From Takakia lepidozioides (lineage: Eukaryota > Plantae > Bryophyta), in assembly GCA_030704615.1 (NCBI GenBank), contig CM060731.1, positions 13,144,001 through 13,208,000 of the forward strand: a DNA stretch of 64,000 nt, written 5' to 3'. The position numbers were made by a program, and so were the translations under genes. Positions 1 to 12,759 of the stretch are shown one piece after another. The notes beneath the pieces are model-generated. The model had not been told where the DNA came from. It saw nothing but the letters and a program-made list of their open reading frames with translations, and did not search any database. Position 1 is the stretch's first letter, and each line of letters begins with the position of its first letter.

Positions 1-524
1 ACGTCCAGCCAATTGCTGCAAGAGGGGTAGCGGAGTGGTCCAGCGTCCACCCCTGAACCCCGTATGAACTTGGACGTGCCGAGCTTCTTCTCTAAAAAGT
101 CTCACAACCTCACTCAAAACGGTTGCAGGATACAGGCCATGGCACTCGATCAGGTTCACGACAGCGTACAAAAACTCGTTTAATACAGCTGGAGTGTTGT
201 TCTTCGCTGTCTTCGGACCACTTGGTCTACTAGTTCCACCAGAAGTACTGGCAGTTTGTGAATCCTGCACCGCGCTTGAATCATCTGGAGCCAGAGAAGA
301 ACCAGATTCGTCACAATCTCCGTAGTCTCCAATAAACAAGCAGTTTCATTGACGGATAAACGCTGAGATCGCATTCTTCTTGATTTTCACAGAGGCCATT
401 TTGTCCAAATTTTCCTTGAGATCTTTTACTGTTGCGTCCTCAGTATGTTCAAAGTAAATTCTCCATGCTTCAACCGTGCTCTCAGGAGATCAGCAAGGTC
501 AGGGCCACTTTGTCTTTCAACACC

Positions 525-676
525 CATCTACTATGTCAACTCCGTACTCATCGGTGACACTAGAACCACCATTGCCACTGTCTTCTTCCAACGGTGTCTT
601 CTTCCAACGAGCCATGTCATCATGCCCTAGCCATATTCAAGTGTCAGCGATGAGTTTGGAGTTGACATGGTAGATG
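525..676. repeat. Imperfect inverted repeat, 37-bp arms around a 78-bp spacer
   Basis: 525-561 CATCTACTATGTCAACTCCGTACTCATCGGTGACACT is the reverse complement of 640-676 with 4 mismatches; the spacer holds a tandem TGTCTTCTTCCAACG duplication. Confidence 0.75.
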
Positions 677-2499
677 CTAGATACTACTGCAGCCTATTCA
701 CTCTCTCAACTCCCCGTGTATGGAAAAGCACACGTTAAGGCCAAGAAAATTCCCCCCTCCCCACCTACTTTCCGTCTCTTTCATTTCAAATACAGTGGTC
801 GCTTGACCCTGACCCTCACCAACATTATGCACAGCTTCTGCGCTATGAAACTTAACAATAGGATTTTAGCTTTTCCACAAGACCTGACATGTAACCCTGC
901 CACCTGCTGACGACACAACTAACCCTAAAGTAGCGCCTCTGGTCATGCTACGAAACAAACCTCCCTTATATCACTCTAAGGTAGGCCGGATCTAATCTTG
1001 AATGAGGCCCTGAAGGAAATTTCATAGCGGTCAACCTGAAGGAAAACTGCTCAAAGACATGGGAGGTAAGGAGGAGAAGGAAACCCTCAGGGTATGTCAT
1101 CGAGACATAAACCGAGAATGTACTGTTGAAATAAGGGAGAGAGCACAAAGAAATGGGTGGCAAGTCATTATCTGCAGAAGCGCCAAAAGATGGCCATTTC
1201 GCAGCTTGAACGTAGAGAGTGCTGGGCGGGACTGGTGGATACATGGTCGCAGCGATTCCTCTGGAGTCTTCAAGCCCTTACCAGCTGGCACCGCTGAAGC
1301 AGGAGAGAAGGCCGAGTTCCCAGGCTCGTGTAGAGCCACAGAAAGCACAGGCGAAGACAGATGGGGAGGGTCGGGCCCGGGATCCCCATTCCAAGCTGGC
1401 TGGGAATCCGAAGCCGTCTCCAGCGGACCATCTCTTTTTCTTTTGAGAATAACGCAATCAGCCTTGATGCGACCAACACCATGGCACGGGTAGAGAATTG
1501 TCAATCGTCGTAACTTACTAGTGTCTAGGATATGTGCGTTTTCTGGCATCATTACCACAAAGACGAGCACCCCACGGTCCCGATGCATAGCTCAAATCCC
1601 GAGCTTCGCGTGTCTCATCATACAGAGGATTGAAAACATGCATACAACCTATGAATCAACCTGAACAGTCAGGCAGAGATTTGGTGAGTGAAAAAGGATT
1701 CCCCAGTTTGCAGACGACCCACTAATCCGTGTCCCTAGTTGGGCGTGCCGAATCCCAGAGCAATATTGACGTACTGTCACTTCAAATGCACACATTACGG
1801 CAAAGAAACCTGCACATAGTGTGCTTGAACTGTGGAAATGGGCACACATTGTCCCTCCAGAGCCAGCGTCTGCTCTTCAACGACAGACCTATCCAATTTG
1901 ATCATCGCCTGGTGCTCGCGAACCGTCCCAGCACACTCCTTCCCAAAAAGCTTCAGAAGCAGTTGATAGGCGAGGCAGGAGAGACGGCGCCGCCACAAGG
2001 TCTCGGGGGGAAAGAGGGCATTCCTAGATTTAAGGGGCTGCACTGTGCATGTTATTTTTAGGGTAGAAGCACCGTCCATGGCGATTGTGCCCTCTATGGA
2101 CTACCATAGTGGGAAGGCTGATCCGGCACTAAATAATTAGAAATGAATCTGCCTAATAATTAAGTGAAAATTTAGGAAAAACTGCCGAAAATCCAGAAAC
2201 TTTATTAAAAAAGAGCCTAAAATCTCAAACAAACTCCAAACATCAAATCTCCAAATGCATATTTTAAGGCATAAAGCTCTAGGAAAATATTTTCCTTAGC
2301 TCTGAGAAATCCTAGAATAATTGGCTGAACAATCACTGCATTTGATGATTAACCAGATGCTCTCATGGCTCCCCACATAATTTGTTTTTTTTTTGTTTTT
2401 GTTTTTTGAAAAAATGGAAACACCTCGAAGTGACAGCTCACAAATCAGGCCCCTTAATTATAGTGAAAGAAGAAAATAACCTCTTTCATTTATGCACCA

Positions 2500-2966
2500 T
2501 GTGAAGCTTTAAAAGAAGCTGGACGAATATCTGTCTATCCTCTCAAGTGCTCTTCAAATAAAGGGGGGGAGAACAAGAGGAGCGTGCATGCACACGAGAG
2601 GAGGATCTCAACGAGCGAACTGACAGAAACTCATACAAACGTATCGCATTCAGACAGCTTTCCACATCTACATACACCAGAGTACATCAGCTGCCTGACA
2701 CAAGGTCAGGCCGCCACTTTATACAAACCCTAGCTGCATGCCTTCCTGATGCGTGGCGAGGCGTGTCAGGCTGAGCCCGCGGCGCCACATCAAAACCCTA
2801 GATCTTTTGAACGGCCATGATGCAACCACCAGTCATAACTAACCCTGGCTATGATATCTTTGTAACGGTTCAACGGTATTTTAAGCCAAAAATTATACTA
2901 TGAATGAGTATCGCCGCTTTGGATGAATAAGGTAAATCTGTGATGAGGAAAGTTTGGGGCATCACA
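2500..2966 (-). repeat. 3' LTR (TGTGATGCCCC...AAGCTTCACA), diverged homologue of LTR 49171-49630
   Basis: TGT...ACA ends, TATAAA box, colinear similarity to 49171-49630. Confidence 0.8.
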
Positions 2967-4319
2967 TCTGTGAAGCCTACCCCCCACGAAAAATCCTGAG
3001 CTCCGCGAAGCACAATATAAGAAATAATAAGTGAATGTTTTGGGATAAAATCACCCTCCACTGCTGGGTAAAAAACCTACCAAAGGAAAACCTGGCACCT
3101 GCAAATTGGGCCGAGGACAAAACCTTTGGCTAGGAAAACCGTGTAGGGAGTACACGTGGTAACATATCATAGGTCTACAAATGCATTAAGAGCTAGAATA
3201 AAAGGCCAAAAAGGCCAAAAAGTCGAAAAGTGCCAAATCCGCAAGCTAACACTAATCCGCCGAAGAAGCCAAGCTGAAGAAGATCAAGGCATCATCCCAC
3301 TGTACGCCCCTCCACGTTGATGCACGTAAAATCAAAGACCAGCTCGAAATGCACCAGATCCGTGAGAGAAACAGGTTCATCATGCGCGTGGACATTCAAC
3401 CCCTGTGGAAGAAAGAGAGCACGTCGCCCACATAACTCATAGATCAATAGACCGTCGATCTTAAGCTTAGATTTGCATGCATGCTTACCATGCGGCAGCC
3501 GAATGAACACGGTCTGTCCCACCTGAAAAATGTTAGAATACTTGACACGCTTGTTAAAATTACAGTCTTGGGTGAGCTGAGCCTTACCAATGTTCGTCTT
3601 GGCATCATGGATGGATACCGCATGCCGCGCATGAAGATCCTCAACAAAGGTCTCAAGATCAACTGGCTCGGCTACAGTAGAAATAAGAGGGGTAGAATGC
3701 AAAGGAGAAACACACTTGCGACCATACAACAACTCAAAATGAGTCTTCTTAGTGCTAGCATGCACGGCGGTGCGATAAGCAAAGAGAATAGGGGGAAGAA
3801 AGGTATCCCACTCCCTGGTAAGTGCGTCATTCTTCTCCAACATGTGGCAAAGAGTTTGGTTGAAGCGTTCCGTAAGGCCATTGGTTTGGGGATGGTATGG
3901 GGCTGTGGTGAAATGCTTGACACCAAAGTTGAAGCACACCACCATGAGGAGCTGGTTACAAAACTCATTGCTCTGATCCGTTAGTATCTCCTGAGGACAC
4001 CCATGCCGCATAAAGATCTCATTGAAGAAGAACTGAGCTACAGCATCACTAGTCTTGGTACACAAAGGCCTGACTTCTACCCACTTAGTCAAGTAGTCGG
4101 TAGCTACACAAAGATAGCTTCGACCCTTTGATATGAGTGTGAGGAGTCCTACCAAATCAATGCCAACACGAGCAAAAGCATGTGTAACAGGCAAAGGCTG
4201 TAGCTCATACAAGATCCGGGCCCTAGGGAGAGCAATGTTAGCATGACAACCTTCACACTTAGAGATGAACTCCGTGACATCCCGGTGAATTCCCAGCCAA
4301 TAGTAAACCTCTTGGATGC
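2500..4319 (-). mobile_element. Truncated non-chromoviral Ty3/gypsy element (integrase, 3' UTR, PPT, 3' LTR)
   Basis: Integrase in ORF 3292-4554 (YYWLGIHRDV..C..C, GIDLVG, TDQSNEF, YHPQTNGLTERFN) closely matches 47747-48781. Similarity stops at 4319 where the Helitron array starts. A G-run PPT lies just upstream of the LTR. Confidence 0.9.
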
Positions 4320-5641
4320 TTTGGGCCTCGACATAGGAGACGCACTTTGATACATAGGGGATTGCACTTGGACTTAGATGACACTGGACACTTGGGCCAA
4401 CGGCATAGGCTACCTTGGCGCTTGGTCCCGTTGGAAAGCCCTCGATAAATTCATGAAAAAAATAAATGGGGCATTGACATAGGAGACACACTTGGATACA
4501 TAGGAGATAGGGGACGCACATGGGAGACGCCCTTGGATACATAGGAGATTGCACTTGGGCTTAGATGACACTAGACACTTGGGCCTCTACATGGGAGATG
4601 CACTTGGATACATAGAAGATTGCGCTTGGGCTTAGATAGGCCTCGACATAGGAGATGCACATGGGAGACGCCTTTGGATACATATAAAATTGTACTTGGT
4701 CTTATTATATATCAATTCTTCACACATAGGCCAACAACGTAGGCTACACTAGCACTTGGGCCTTGACATAGGAGACGCACTGGGTCTTAGATTTCAATTC
4801 TTCACACATGGGCCAACGACACATGTCACCTTAGAGGTCACACTTGGGCCTCGACATAGGAGACACACTGGGATACATAAATACATAGGAGATCTTACAC
4901 TTGGGCTTACATAACACTGGACATGGGCCAACGGCACATGCTACACTAGAGGTCGCACTTGGGCCTTGACATAGGAGACGCACTTGGATATATACAAAAA
5001 ATAGCAAACATGGCAAAGTGGGCATTCCTGGACAATGGTTGGAGCCTCGACGGGAGAGATATGAAGGGAAAGGTCTCCGGTTCAAATATGGTTGTAGGCT
5101 CTCTGTAAACAAACTTACTTATATGACATTGGGCCGTTGGAAATTCGGGAAAAATAGCAAAGTGGGCATTCCTTGGAGAATGGTTGGAGCCTTGACGGGA
5201 GAGACAACAAGGAGAGGTCTCCGGTTCAAATCTGGTCATAGGCTATGTGGAAAAAAAAATTGATTAGATATGGCTAAATCATTAGACTTAGATGACCTAG
5301 ATGACAGTGGGCATTTGGGCCAACGGCACAGGCTACCCTAGAGGTCGCACTTGGGCCTCACTTAGGAGACGCACTAGGATACATATGAGATCTTGCACTT
5401 GGGCTTAGATGACATTAGGCATTTGGGCCAACGACATAGGCTACCCTAGAGGTCGCACTTGGGCCTCACTTAGGAGACGCACTAGGATACATATGAGATC
5501 TTGCACTTGGGCTTAGATGACACTGGGCATTTGGGCCAACGGCACAAGCTACCCTAGAGGTCACATTTGAGGCTCGACATAGGATACACACTTGGATATA
5601 TAGGGGATAGCACTTGGAGATATCGAGGGGAAGATCTCCGG
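4320..5641 (+). repeat. Tandem array of non-autonomous Helitron 3' ends (108-bp unit), left part
   Basis: Units end TTGGGCCAACGGCACAGGCTACCCTAG (hairpin + CTAG). CTAG at 5338, 5446 and 5554 gives a 108-bp period. Same family as 30390-30869. Confidence 0.75.
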
Positions 5642-6205
5642 TGTCACGGACATAGCCCAGAGGAACTTACCAGGAGTAAATACCAAAAGTTACCAAGTTA
5701 ATATGTTATCGGAAGTTACCATGACTTACCATGATTTACCATTACTTACCAAAGTACCGAGAGTTTACCAAATTACCAAGAGTAACTTGGGAAACTGCTC
5801 GAGAAGCTTCATTTGGAGGAAACTTCTCCATCAATAAACTTCTTCATCAATAAACCTCCATAGCTTCTTAGGGAACTTCTTAGTAGCCAATATATATAGG
5901 AGGCGAGATTGGACACTCTTCAGTCTTGCCAACATACGTTCAAGCTATTCTTGTTCCCAGTCCCAGTACTCCAGTCCAGCTTCTAGTATCTAGTCCAGGT
6001 TCCAGTATCTGGTACTCCAGTCCAGTTTCCAGCATTCCAGTATTCGAGTCGAGTTCCAGTATCTTGTACTCTTATCCATTGTTATAAAGTTCATCTTGAT
6101 TTATGTTTACCCACCATGCGGTTACGCCGACCTTGACTTCTTGTTTAGTCATGTACCTCTAGTCTGATCTCTTGTTTGTGTTCAGTCATGTTCTCGTCAT
6201 TGATA
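5642..6205 (+). repeat. 5' LTR of chromovirus
   Basis: Direct repeat of 11384-11895; begins TGTCACGGAC; TATATATAG at ~5891. Confidence 0.93.
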
Positions 6206-9200
6206 GTTTGACGAGACTAAAGTTTGTTCCTTAGTTAGTTAAGATAGAAGGCACATTTGCGGAAATGGTCGCCACATTGCAGAGTCTTCAGCTCCAGATG
6301 CAAGAACTTCGTAGCTCTACCGCCCAATTGCAAGCTGATCAATCTCAAGATCTTGGTAACGTTCTCCACAATTTGCAATAACAAATTTCAGAGTTAAAAA
6401 GGAGTCGAACAATGGATCTTCAACCATACGAGCCCCTACTGCAGCAGCTCCTACTGCAACGGTTCATCTTCAACAGATTACGAGAGAACTAAAGATCAGC
6501 ATGGCCGAGAAATTTGATGGGACGAGATCAAGATTTCGCGGTTTTGTTCAACAAGTACGACTCTTCCTACGACTACATCCACAACGCTACCCCGATGAAG
6601 GTATTCAAGTGGGATTCGTGGATACCCTTCTATCAGGCACTGCCCTATCTTGATTTGCACCGCTATTAAAAAACAATTTCACATTTACTATATAATTTTG
6701 AAGCATTCATGTCCGAGTTCACAGCAACGTTTGGAAACAATGATAGAGAGAGAGTTGCAGAGATAAAGATGTGAAATCTTCGACAAGAAGCATGTCCTGC
6801 TTCCGTTTATGCTGCCAAATTTTGACAACTTGCGTGCGACCTCGACTGGAATGAGAAGAGCCTCATTAGTCAATTTCGATGTGGACTAAAAGATGATGTA
6901 AAAGATTTGTTGCTGGCAATGATAAACGTGAGCACACTGAGTGAATTCATCACCCAAGTCATTGCATGCAATAATCGTTTGTTCGAAAGACGTCAAGAGA
7001 AGCGATCTGGATGGTCGACGACGCATCATGCCATGTTACTACGGCACCAAACACAATGATCCATCAGACATCCGGTAGTGATCATATGCAGATTGATGCT
7101 GTCCGATTCAAGCCATTGACGCCACAAGAAAAACAAAGACAACGCTCGAATGGATTATGCCTCTATTGTGGAGAAGAAGATCACATAGCATTAAACTGCC
7201 CCAATAATATAAGATTCAAAGCTCGGGGCACAACTCAAGTGTACGATATGAGGAGGTCGGAAAACGAAGATGTCCAGTCACAATAGGGACCATGCGGCTG
7301 GACACCACAAATTCCTTACCGAAAAAAATGTCTCTTTCTACCTCCAGACCTTGCACCTTGCTTCACAGTTCCGGTAGAAATCAGAGTGCAAAATCGAGAT
7401 ATCTCTGTAGAAGCACTTTTGGACTCATGGGCTTCAGCTTGTTTTATGGACAAAAACTTTGCGAAGCAACACAATTTAACGTTCGTTAAGAAGAAACTTT
7501 CGGCCCCCGTTGAAATCATCAATGGACGACCGTTAGCATCAGGAAATGTGGATCATGAAACTTGACCACTTGAAGTGAAGCTTAAAGATCAAGCATCACA
7601 TATTGTTTTCAATGCCATCCAGTCTCCGACGAATCCTGTGATCATTGGACTTCCCTGGTTCGTACTTCACAATCCCGACATCGATTGGCGGTCGCGAAAA
7701 ATTTCTGCAAGACAAAAATGTAGAAATATCAAAGGTATTCAACCCCTGTTCCTTGGAGCTAGAGCTTTCATGAGAGCTACCAAAAAGGAGGCGACATTTG
7801 CACTTTATGCGACTCCGATCAAGACCATAACAGACAAATGTACTTCAACATTACCCGCTCAATATCAAGATTTCAAAGATGTCTTCGAGAAGAAAAATGC
7901 AGACAGAACATCGACCTTATGAATATGCAATTGAGTTACAGAAAGAGCCCAACCACCATTCGGCCCAATCTATAACTTATCCCAGACAGAGTTGGCTGCA
8001 TTACGTGAATACATTGAATACATTGATTGAATTTGTCGAAGCACTTCATCCGACATTCAAAATCACCTGCGGGGGCACCTATCTTGTTTGTGAAAAGGAA
8101 GGACGGATTATTACGCATGTGTGTCGACTATCGCGGTCTCAACAAAGTCACAATCAAGAATCGTTATCCGTTGCCGCTGATTTCTGGGCTTCTCGACCAG
8201 CTGGGACGAGCGAAGATTTTCACCAAAATTGACTTGAAATGAACTTATAGCCTTGTACGGATAAAAGAAGGAGACGAATGGAAAACAACTTTTCGAACAA
8301 GGTATGGACATTTTGAATACAATGTTATGCCTTTCGGTCTTACAAATGCTCCAACAATTTTCCAACATATGATGAATGACATTTTTCGAGAATTTTTAGA
8401 TGACTTTGTAGTCATCTATTTCGACGATATTTTGATATTTTCACAAAATGAAGAAAAACATAGTCGCCATGTACGCCTTATCCTTGATAAATTAAGAGAA
8501 AGAGGACTATATGCCAAGTTGGAGAAATATTTTTTCCATCAATCTGAGGTCGAATTCTACATTATTTCCGACAAATGCGTCTTTATGGATCAGAAGAAAA
8601 TACAAACTATCATCGAATGGATTAAACCAACTTCAGTCTGAGATATACAATGTTTTTTGGGCTTTGCAAATTTCTATAGAATCTTCATCAATGACTACTC
8701 CAAAATTGCTACACCATTGACATGATTCACAGGGAATGACAAATTTATATGGGATGACAAGGTTGACCAGACATTTTAAAGGCTGAAGCAGACATTTATA
8801 ACGGCTCCAATACTGGTACATGCAAACCCATCTAAACCATTCTTCTTGGAAGCAGATGCATCGGACTTTGCACTTGGCGCTATACTCTCTCAATACGGTA
8901 CGGATGACCGACTTCACCCTGTTAATTTTCGTTCTCGCAAATTTTCTGCTGCAAAGATCAATTATAAAATCCATGATAAAGAACATCTAGCGATCATCGA
9001 TGCTTTTGAGGAGTGACGTCATCTATTAGAGGGAGCTAAACATTAGGTCATTGTCTACACCGATCACAAAAACCTCGAATATTTTATGAGTGCTCGTATT
9101 TTGAATCGACGTCAAGCCAGATGGGGTATGTCACTAGCAAGGTTTGATTTTGTTATTACCTATCGCCCTGGACATCTTCAAGGGAAACCCGATGCTCTTT

Positions 9201-10926
9201 CTTGACGATCGTATCTTGCGCCGAAAAAAAAGGAAGCAGCTTTCGATCAACAGAAATCCATCATCTTGAAACCAACAAATCTCCAATTAAATATGCTATC
9301 CATGTCCACCTATGATGATGCAGAGATCATAAAGAAGATTCAGGAAGCACTGAAGAGCGACCAATTTGCTACGACACTACGAAGTCAACTAAATCGACCT
9401 CGAGACAACCTATAGGTTACAAACGACTTCGAATTCAAAGATGACTTACTTTATTTCAAATGACTTATCTATGTACCTCTAGGACCTACACAACTTCGAA
9501 TTCTTCAAACATGTCATGATCTTCCGGCTGTAGGACATTTCGGCTTGAACAAAACAATGAAATTGATATCCAGGGACTATTGGTGGCCGCAGATGTGGAA
9601 ACTCGTGAATTTTTTTATAAAATCTTGCGACACGTGTACTAGAGCGAATGGACCACGACATCGACCTTACGACCTTCTTCAACCATTACCCATTCCCAAG
9701 GGTCCATGGTCATCCGTGTCTATGGACTTTATTACGGACCTTCCAATTTCCAAAACCACCGATTCAATCCTTGTTATTGTAGATCGTTTTACGAAGATGA
9801 CACATTTTATTCTATGTCATAAGACGGTTATCAGCGAGGAAACTGCAAGACTTTTCTTTAGTAATATCTACCGCATTCGTGGACTCCCGAAGGACATCGT
9901 ATCTGATCGAGGATCACAGTTCAAATCAAATTTCTGGAGGGGATTATTTCACATATTGGATACTAAGATCAACCTCTCTACAGCTAATCATCCACAGACT
10001 GATGGTCAAACCGAACGTGTAAACCAGATTTTGGAGCAGTATCTTCGCTGTACGATAAATTATCACCAAGATAATTGGACGGACCTTCTGTCATTGGCTG
10101 AGTTTGCCTACAACAACATTATACATTCTTCGACCAAACAAACTCCATTTTTCTTCAATTATGGTCATCATCCTCGAGCAAACCCTTTCCACATGAAGAC
10201 TGTTGGAAGCTCTGTTGCAGAAAACCTTGCTACTCATCTTGTTACGATTAACAAGGAGCTTACATTTCACCTCGCACAAGCTAAAAAACAATACAAGGAG
10301 TATGCAGATCAACGTCACCAACTCCAACCCAAGTTCAAGGTCGGAGATCGTGTGTGGCTTCTTTGACGGGACATACAAACCTCGCGACCGTCAAGGAAGT
10401 TGGATTATCAATGCCTGGGACCATTCAAAATTATTCGACAAATAAATCCGGTCAGTTTTCGGCTTGAACTCCCACGAAGTATGCGCATCCATCCAGTCTT
10501 TCATGTTTCATTATTGGAGTTGTATCATCCATCGAATATTCCAATGCGAGTCTCCGTACTACCTCCACCAATTGAAGTCAATCAGGAAATTGAGTATGAA
10601 GTCGACGAAGTCGTAGACTCTCGCATCAAGTATAAACGTCTTGAGTATTTCGTACATTGAAAAGGCTACGACATCAACAAACGAACTTGAGAACCTTCAT
10701 CCAACCTCGCCAATGCATCTGACAAAGTCCGAGAGTTTCATCAACGATATCCAGCTAAGCCCCGAGCTACACGTCAATAAGACGTCACAACGATGATGTC
10801 AGCCAAGTTAGCTTCAAGGTGAAGACTCCACATTCAATGTATCTGATACACGCTAAGGAGAGAGGAACACCACACATCGGTATATATAGCTACACTTCCA
10901 ACACTCTTGCATCTTGTATTGGCAGC

Positions 10927-11328
10927 ATGGAGTCACAGGAACCAGATACATTGGAGTTGTCGCTTATCCAACTACCAGATCAGTCATTCCAACTCTCACG
11001 ACCTTCAACATCACGCCGACGCTCTGGAGACGATGGGCCACCCATGCGACGCGTACTTCCTCATCTGGACCCCTTACAACGGCAAGTGAAGCCTACTCGA
11101 AGTCTGATAATTCTGTTGGAGGTTGAGGCTTCGGACCCAGAGGGCAATGAAATCATGTTTGAAGGCAGCTTCGAAAATCAGAATGCTCAAATCACTGCGT
11201 GGTCCCAAGTTTAAGGTGTTGGACACTATCGATGGTTGCAGGGACCTATAAATCATTTGAGTCAAGAACGAAGAGCCGAATACTTGGCAAGTACCATTCG
11301 CCGGATTTTGGATTTTCTCCAACTCTAA
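10927..11328 (+). pseudogene. Possible extra ORF (~133 aa, one internal stop) between pol and 3' LTR
   Basis: ATG 10927 downstream of TATATATA at ~10881; reading frame continues past TAA 11212-11214 to TAA 11326-11328; no recognisable domain. Confidence 0.35.
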
Positions 11329-11383
11329 GCAAGTCCAAGATTTTACCGCTCCTCGAGGAATTCGGCGCTAGAGGAGAGGGTGA

Positions 11384-11895
11384 TGTCACGGACATAGCCC
11401 AGAGGAACTTACCAGGAGTAAATACCAGAAGCTACCAAGTTATCATGTTTCTGGAAATTACCATGACTTACCATGATTTATCATTACTTACCAAATTACC
11501 AAGAGTAACTTGGGAAACTGCTCGAGAAGCTTCTTTTGGAGGAAACTTCTCCATCAAGAAACCTCCATAGGGGAAGCTTCTTAGGGAACTTCTTAATAGC
11601 CAATATATATAGGAGGCGAGACTGGACACTCTTCAGTCTTGCCAACACAAGTTCAAGCTACTATTGTTCCCAGTCCCAGTACTCCAGTCCAGCTTTCAGT
11701 ATCTAGTCCAGTTTCCAGCGTTCCAGTATTCGAGTCGAGTTCCAGTATCTTGTACTCTTGTCCATTATTATAAAGATCATCTTGATTCATGTTTACCCAC
11801 CATGGACTTGGCCACGCCGACCTTGACTTCTTGTCTAGTCTTGTACCTCTAGTCTGATCTCTTGTTTGTGTTCAGTCATGTTCTCGTCCTTGACA
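11384..11895 (+). repeat. 3' LTR of chromovirus
   Basis: TG...CA ends, preceded by PPT, direct repeat of 5642-6205. Confidence 0.93.
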
Positions 11896-12485
11896 TCCGG
11901 CAAATCTGATCGTAGGCTCTGTGGAAAAAAAATGATTGGATATGACTTGCTTCATATATTGATGCACTTGAACTTAGATGACACTGGACACTTGGGCCAA
12001 CGGCAGAGGCTACCCTAGTCAATACATGAGGCAAGACGTTTGTTTTGTTTTGTTTTGTAGCGTCGTTGAGATCTCTCAAACCGCGGCCCTAGCGCGGGTG
12101 CTTGGTGCCGTTGGAAAGCCCTCGAGAAGGTGCACCGGCTTGGTCTCATGATTTTTGGACAAGCGGTGAGGGAGATCTGGAATTCCAAGTATTTTTGGTC
12201 GTTGGAAATTCACAAAAAAATAGCAAAAATGATAAAGTGGGCATTCCTAGGACAATGGTTGGAGCCTAGACGGGAGAGATATAAAGGGAAAGGTCTTTGG
12301 TTCAAATCTGGTCGTAGGCTCTGTGAAAAAAAAATTAGATGACATTGGACACTTGGGCCAATGGCAAAGCTACCCTATAGGTTGCATTTGGGCCTGGACA
12401 TAGGAAACACACTTTGATACATAGGGGATTGCACTTGGACTTAGATGACACTGGACACTTGGGCCAACGGCACATGCTACCCTAG
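11896..12485 (+). mobile_element. Right part of Helitron array, including a complete 467-bp copy at 12019-12485
   Basis: Hairpin+CTAG at 12015-12018 is followed directly by TCAATACATGAGGCAAG, matching the 5' end of the 30869 copy. Final CTAG at 12482-12485 is followed by T. Confidence 0.75.
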
Positions 12486-12759
12486 TATAATGTATGAGGG
12501 CCTCCATAAGCAAGCATTAAACATGGGGTAGTAGCCCCTTCCTTCCAGTAGATAGGTGGACGCTTTGTAGAAGCTTTGGGCTGACTGATATGTATTCTAT
12601 GGAGCTATACTTAGAGTATGTAGTGAGATGTCAAAGATGCGCGTCGTTTGGCGGGGATCTCCGTGTGAAGTCACAGTTTTGGGCTTACGGGGCTGTCGAG
12701 AGGGGAAGATTGCGACTTAGTGAAAGTGCGGGAGACGGGTGGTGGGGAGCTGAGGAGAG

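Larger units (their letters stand above)
5642..11895 (+). mobile_element. Full-length degenerate Ty3/gypsy chromovirus (Tcn1/Tf1-like) with 5-bp TSD TCCGG
   Basis: LTRs 5642-6205 and 11384-11895; TCCGG at 5637-5641 and 11896-11900; gag with CLYCGEEDHIALNC knuckle, protease, RT (MPFGLTNAP, YFDD), RNase H, integrase (HPQTDGQTER), chromodomain ([20 protein letters not shown]); purine PPT 11370-11383; many stops and frameshifts. Confidence 0.95.

Noticed and set aside
1-490. Minus-strand protein-like frame (PESTVEAWRIYF...NEFLYAVVNLIECHG)
   Set aside because: It has an internal stop, no recognisable domain and runs off the window edge; possibly TE-derived but unassignable.
1097-2079. LINE ORF1 or host gene with a zinc knuckle (YPCHGVGRIKADC)
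   Set aside because: The knuckle lacks two ligands and the frames are broken; no family can be supported.
2480-2499. PBS (TGGTGCATA) after the minus-strand LTR
   Set aside because: This LTR follows integrase and PPT, so it is a 3' LTR, and the tRNA match does not extend; likely chance.
3292-4554. 420-aa integrase with a novel N-terminus
   Set aside because: The N-terminal ~78 aa are read-through from Helitron repeat DNA upstream of 4319.
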